Assembly (NCBI RefSeq): GCF_964213995.1
Contig: NC_135824.1
Span: 52,762,001 to 52,826,000, forward strand
Origin: Mustelus asterias
Lineage: Eukaryota
Direction of reading: 5' to 3'
Length of the DNA: 64,000 nucleotides
The stretch's first letter is position 1. Every line of letters begins with the position of its first letter. Both the position numbers and the translations under genes were made by a program. Positions 62,647 through 64,000 of this stretch are shown piece after piece. Under the pieces are notes generated by a model that worked only from the letters and a program-made list of their open reading frames with translations, did no database searches and had not been told where the DNA came from.

Positions 62647-63240
62647 GTGTGTGTACTCAGTCAAGGTGGGGATGTATGTGCTAATATTGTGTACTCGGTG
62701 TGTATACACAGTGAAGGTGAGGGTTTATGCATTCTGTGTGTATACACAGTCAAGGTGAGGATGTATACTCTATGTATACACAGTGAAGGTGAGGGTGTAA
62801 GTATTCTGTGTGCATACACAGTAAAGGTGAGGGTGTGCACTCTGTGTGTACACAGTGAAGGTGAGGGTGTGTACTCTATGCATACACAGTGAAGGTGAAG
62901 GTGTAAGTATTCTGTGTGCATAGACAGTAAAAGTGAGGGTGTGTACTCTGTGTATACACGATGAAGGCGAGCGTGTGTGTACTCTGCATGCATACACAGT
63001 GAAGGTGAGGGTGTATACTCTGTGTATTCACAGTGAAGGTGAGGGTGTGTGTTCTGTGTATGTACAGTGAAGATGAGTGTGTGTATTCTGTGTGCATACA
63101 CAGTGAAGGTGAGGGTGTGTACTCTGTGTATGTACAGTGAAGGTGAATGCCTGTACTCTATGTATACACAGTGAAGGTGTGCATATTTCGTCAACGTGAT
63201 GGTGTGTACTCTTTGTATACAGAGAGAAGGTGAGTGTGCT
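62647..63240 (+). repeat. Minisatellite, ~34-39 bp unit (tacacagtgaaggtgagggtgtgtactctgtgta)
   Basis: About 15 degenerate tandem units visible; explains the low-complexity ORFs here. Confidence 0.9.
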
Positions 63241-63662
63241 GGAGGTTACAGCAGCGCAAGTGAATATCTAAATATTTCTTAAATATTACCAGAGTTTCTG
63301 ATTCTACCATCCTTTCAAGTAGTGAGTTCCATACTTCCACCATCCTTTGGGTGAAAAAGTTTCTCTTCAGCATACGGATATTGATCTGCACTCAGAGCCC
63401 TGGAAACCTCAGAGAGAGAGAGAGAGAGAGAGAACGACCACATCTCCTCTTCTCTCCATCATAAAACCAGAGGAATAAAAGTGAAAACGGAAGGTGAGAA
63501 AAGACTCGATTTTGGCAGCAAGTACTCTGTCAGCAGTGTGTGTGTGAGAAAGAGAGAGAGAGAGAGAGAGCAGAGATTGTTAAATGTGTGAATGTGGAGA
63601 GGGTGGATGGGATTTAATATAATCGAAGCGAGTTCAATTCACTGTTTGAAGAATTGTTTAAT

Positions 63663-63771
63663 GCTGGGGACACCCAGTTGATCTGGGAGTCAGTGTCATC
63701 GCTTGGAGGTAAACCCGTGCACCATTCCTTCTGGATTACCACACTGCTGGTGCTGGAGTAAAACAGCAACT
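63663..63771 (-). pseudogene. Relic fragment of a TRBV30-like V (CDR2 to FR3)
   Basis: LLFYSSTSSV, then after a frameshift NPEGMVHGFTSKR, matching family motif LMFYS...NPEGTVDGFTAKRP; no RSS, C104 or leader seen. Confidence 0.7.
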
Positions 63772-64000
63772 TGGTTTGGACACATCCCCATCCCATGTAA
63801 CCAATCAGAATTAATAAGATTAATTGGCAATTTCTCTTTTTGTACTGGCTAATCATGAATGCAATAACTGCATGCCTGATGGGGCCCAAGTGCATAACCA
63901 ATTTGGTCGTATCGCTAACAAACAGAGAATGCTGGAAGGCTCAGCAGCTCTGGCAGCCCCTGTAGCAAGAGAAACAGTTAACATTTCAAATCCATTTGTT

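Noticed and set aside
62647-63240. CRISPR-like array or His/Thr-rich protein
   Set aside because: Eukaryotic minisatellite without unique spacers; the ORFs are repeat artefacts

Overview
Vertebrate, cartilaginous-fish (shark-type) genomic DNA: part of a germline antigen-receptor V-segment array, most likely the T-cell receptor beta (TRB) locus. I count 15 complete V segments plus one relic, all on the minus strand. Each complete segment has a V exon and a 23-spacer recombination signal sequence (RSS), and 13 have a recognisable phase-1 leader exon. No D, J or C segments are visible. Ten segments form an expanded family ending YYCAWS that is clearly related to mammalian TRBV30. Four are two duplicated genes of an unusual IgH-like V family with a C-x5-C motif in CDR2, and one is a divergent V ending CACS. 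About 9 look functional; the others are disabled by a stop codon, frameshifts, a mutated heptamer, or a Tx1-clade retrotransposon inserted inside the RSS spacer. Positions 1-32517 are a recent ~16-16.6 kb tandem duplication. Intergenic DNA is dominated by HE1-type tRNA SINEs, CR1/L2/Rex1-like LINE remnants and Penelope-like inverted repeats. Most notable: a U2-snRNA-headed SINE-like retroelement (two copies, with TSDs), the IgH-like di-cysteine V family, a perfect AP-1 site built into 8 of 10 TRBV30-like RSSs, the Tx1-split RSS, and a CDR1 identical to human TRBV30. Labels V1-V11 are mine. All alignments were done by eye and no database searches were run.
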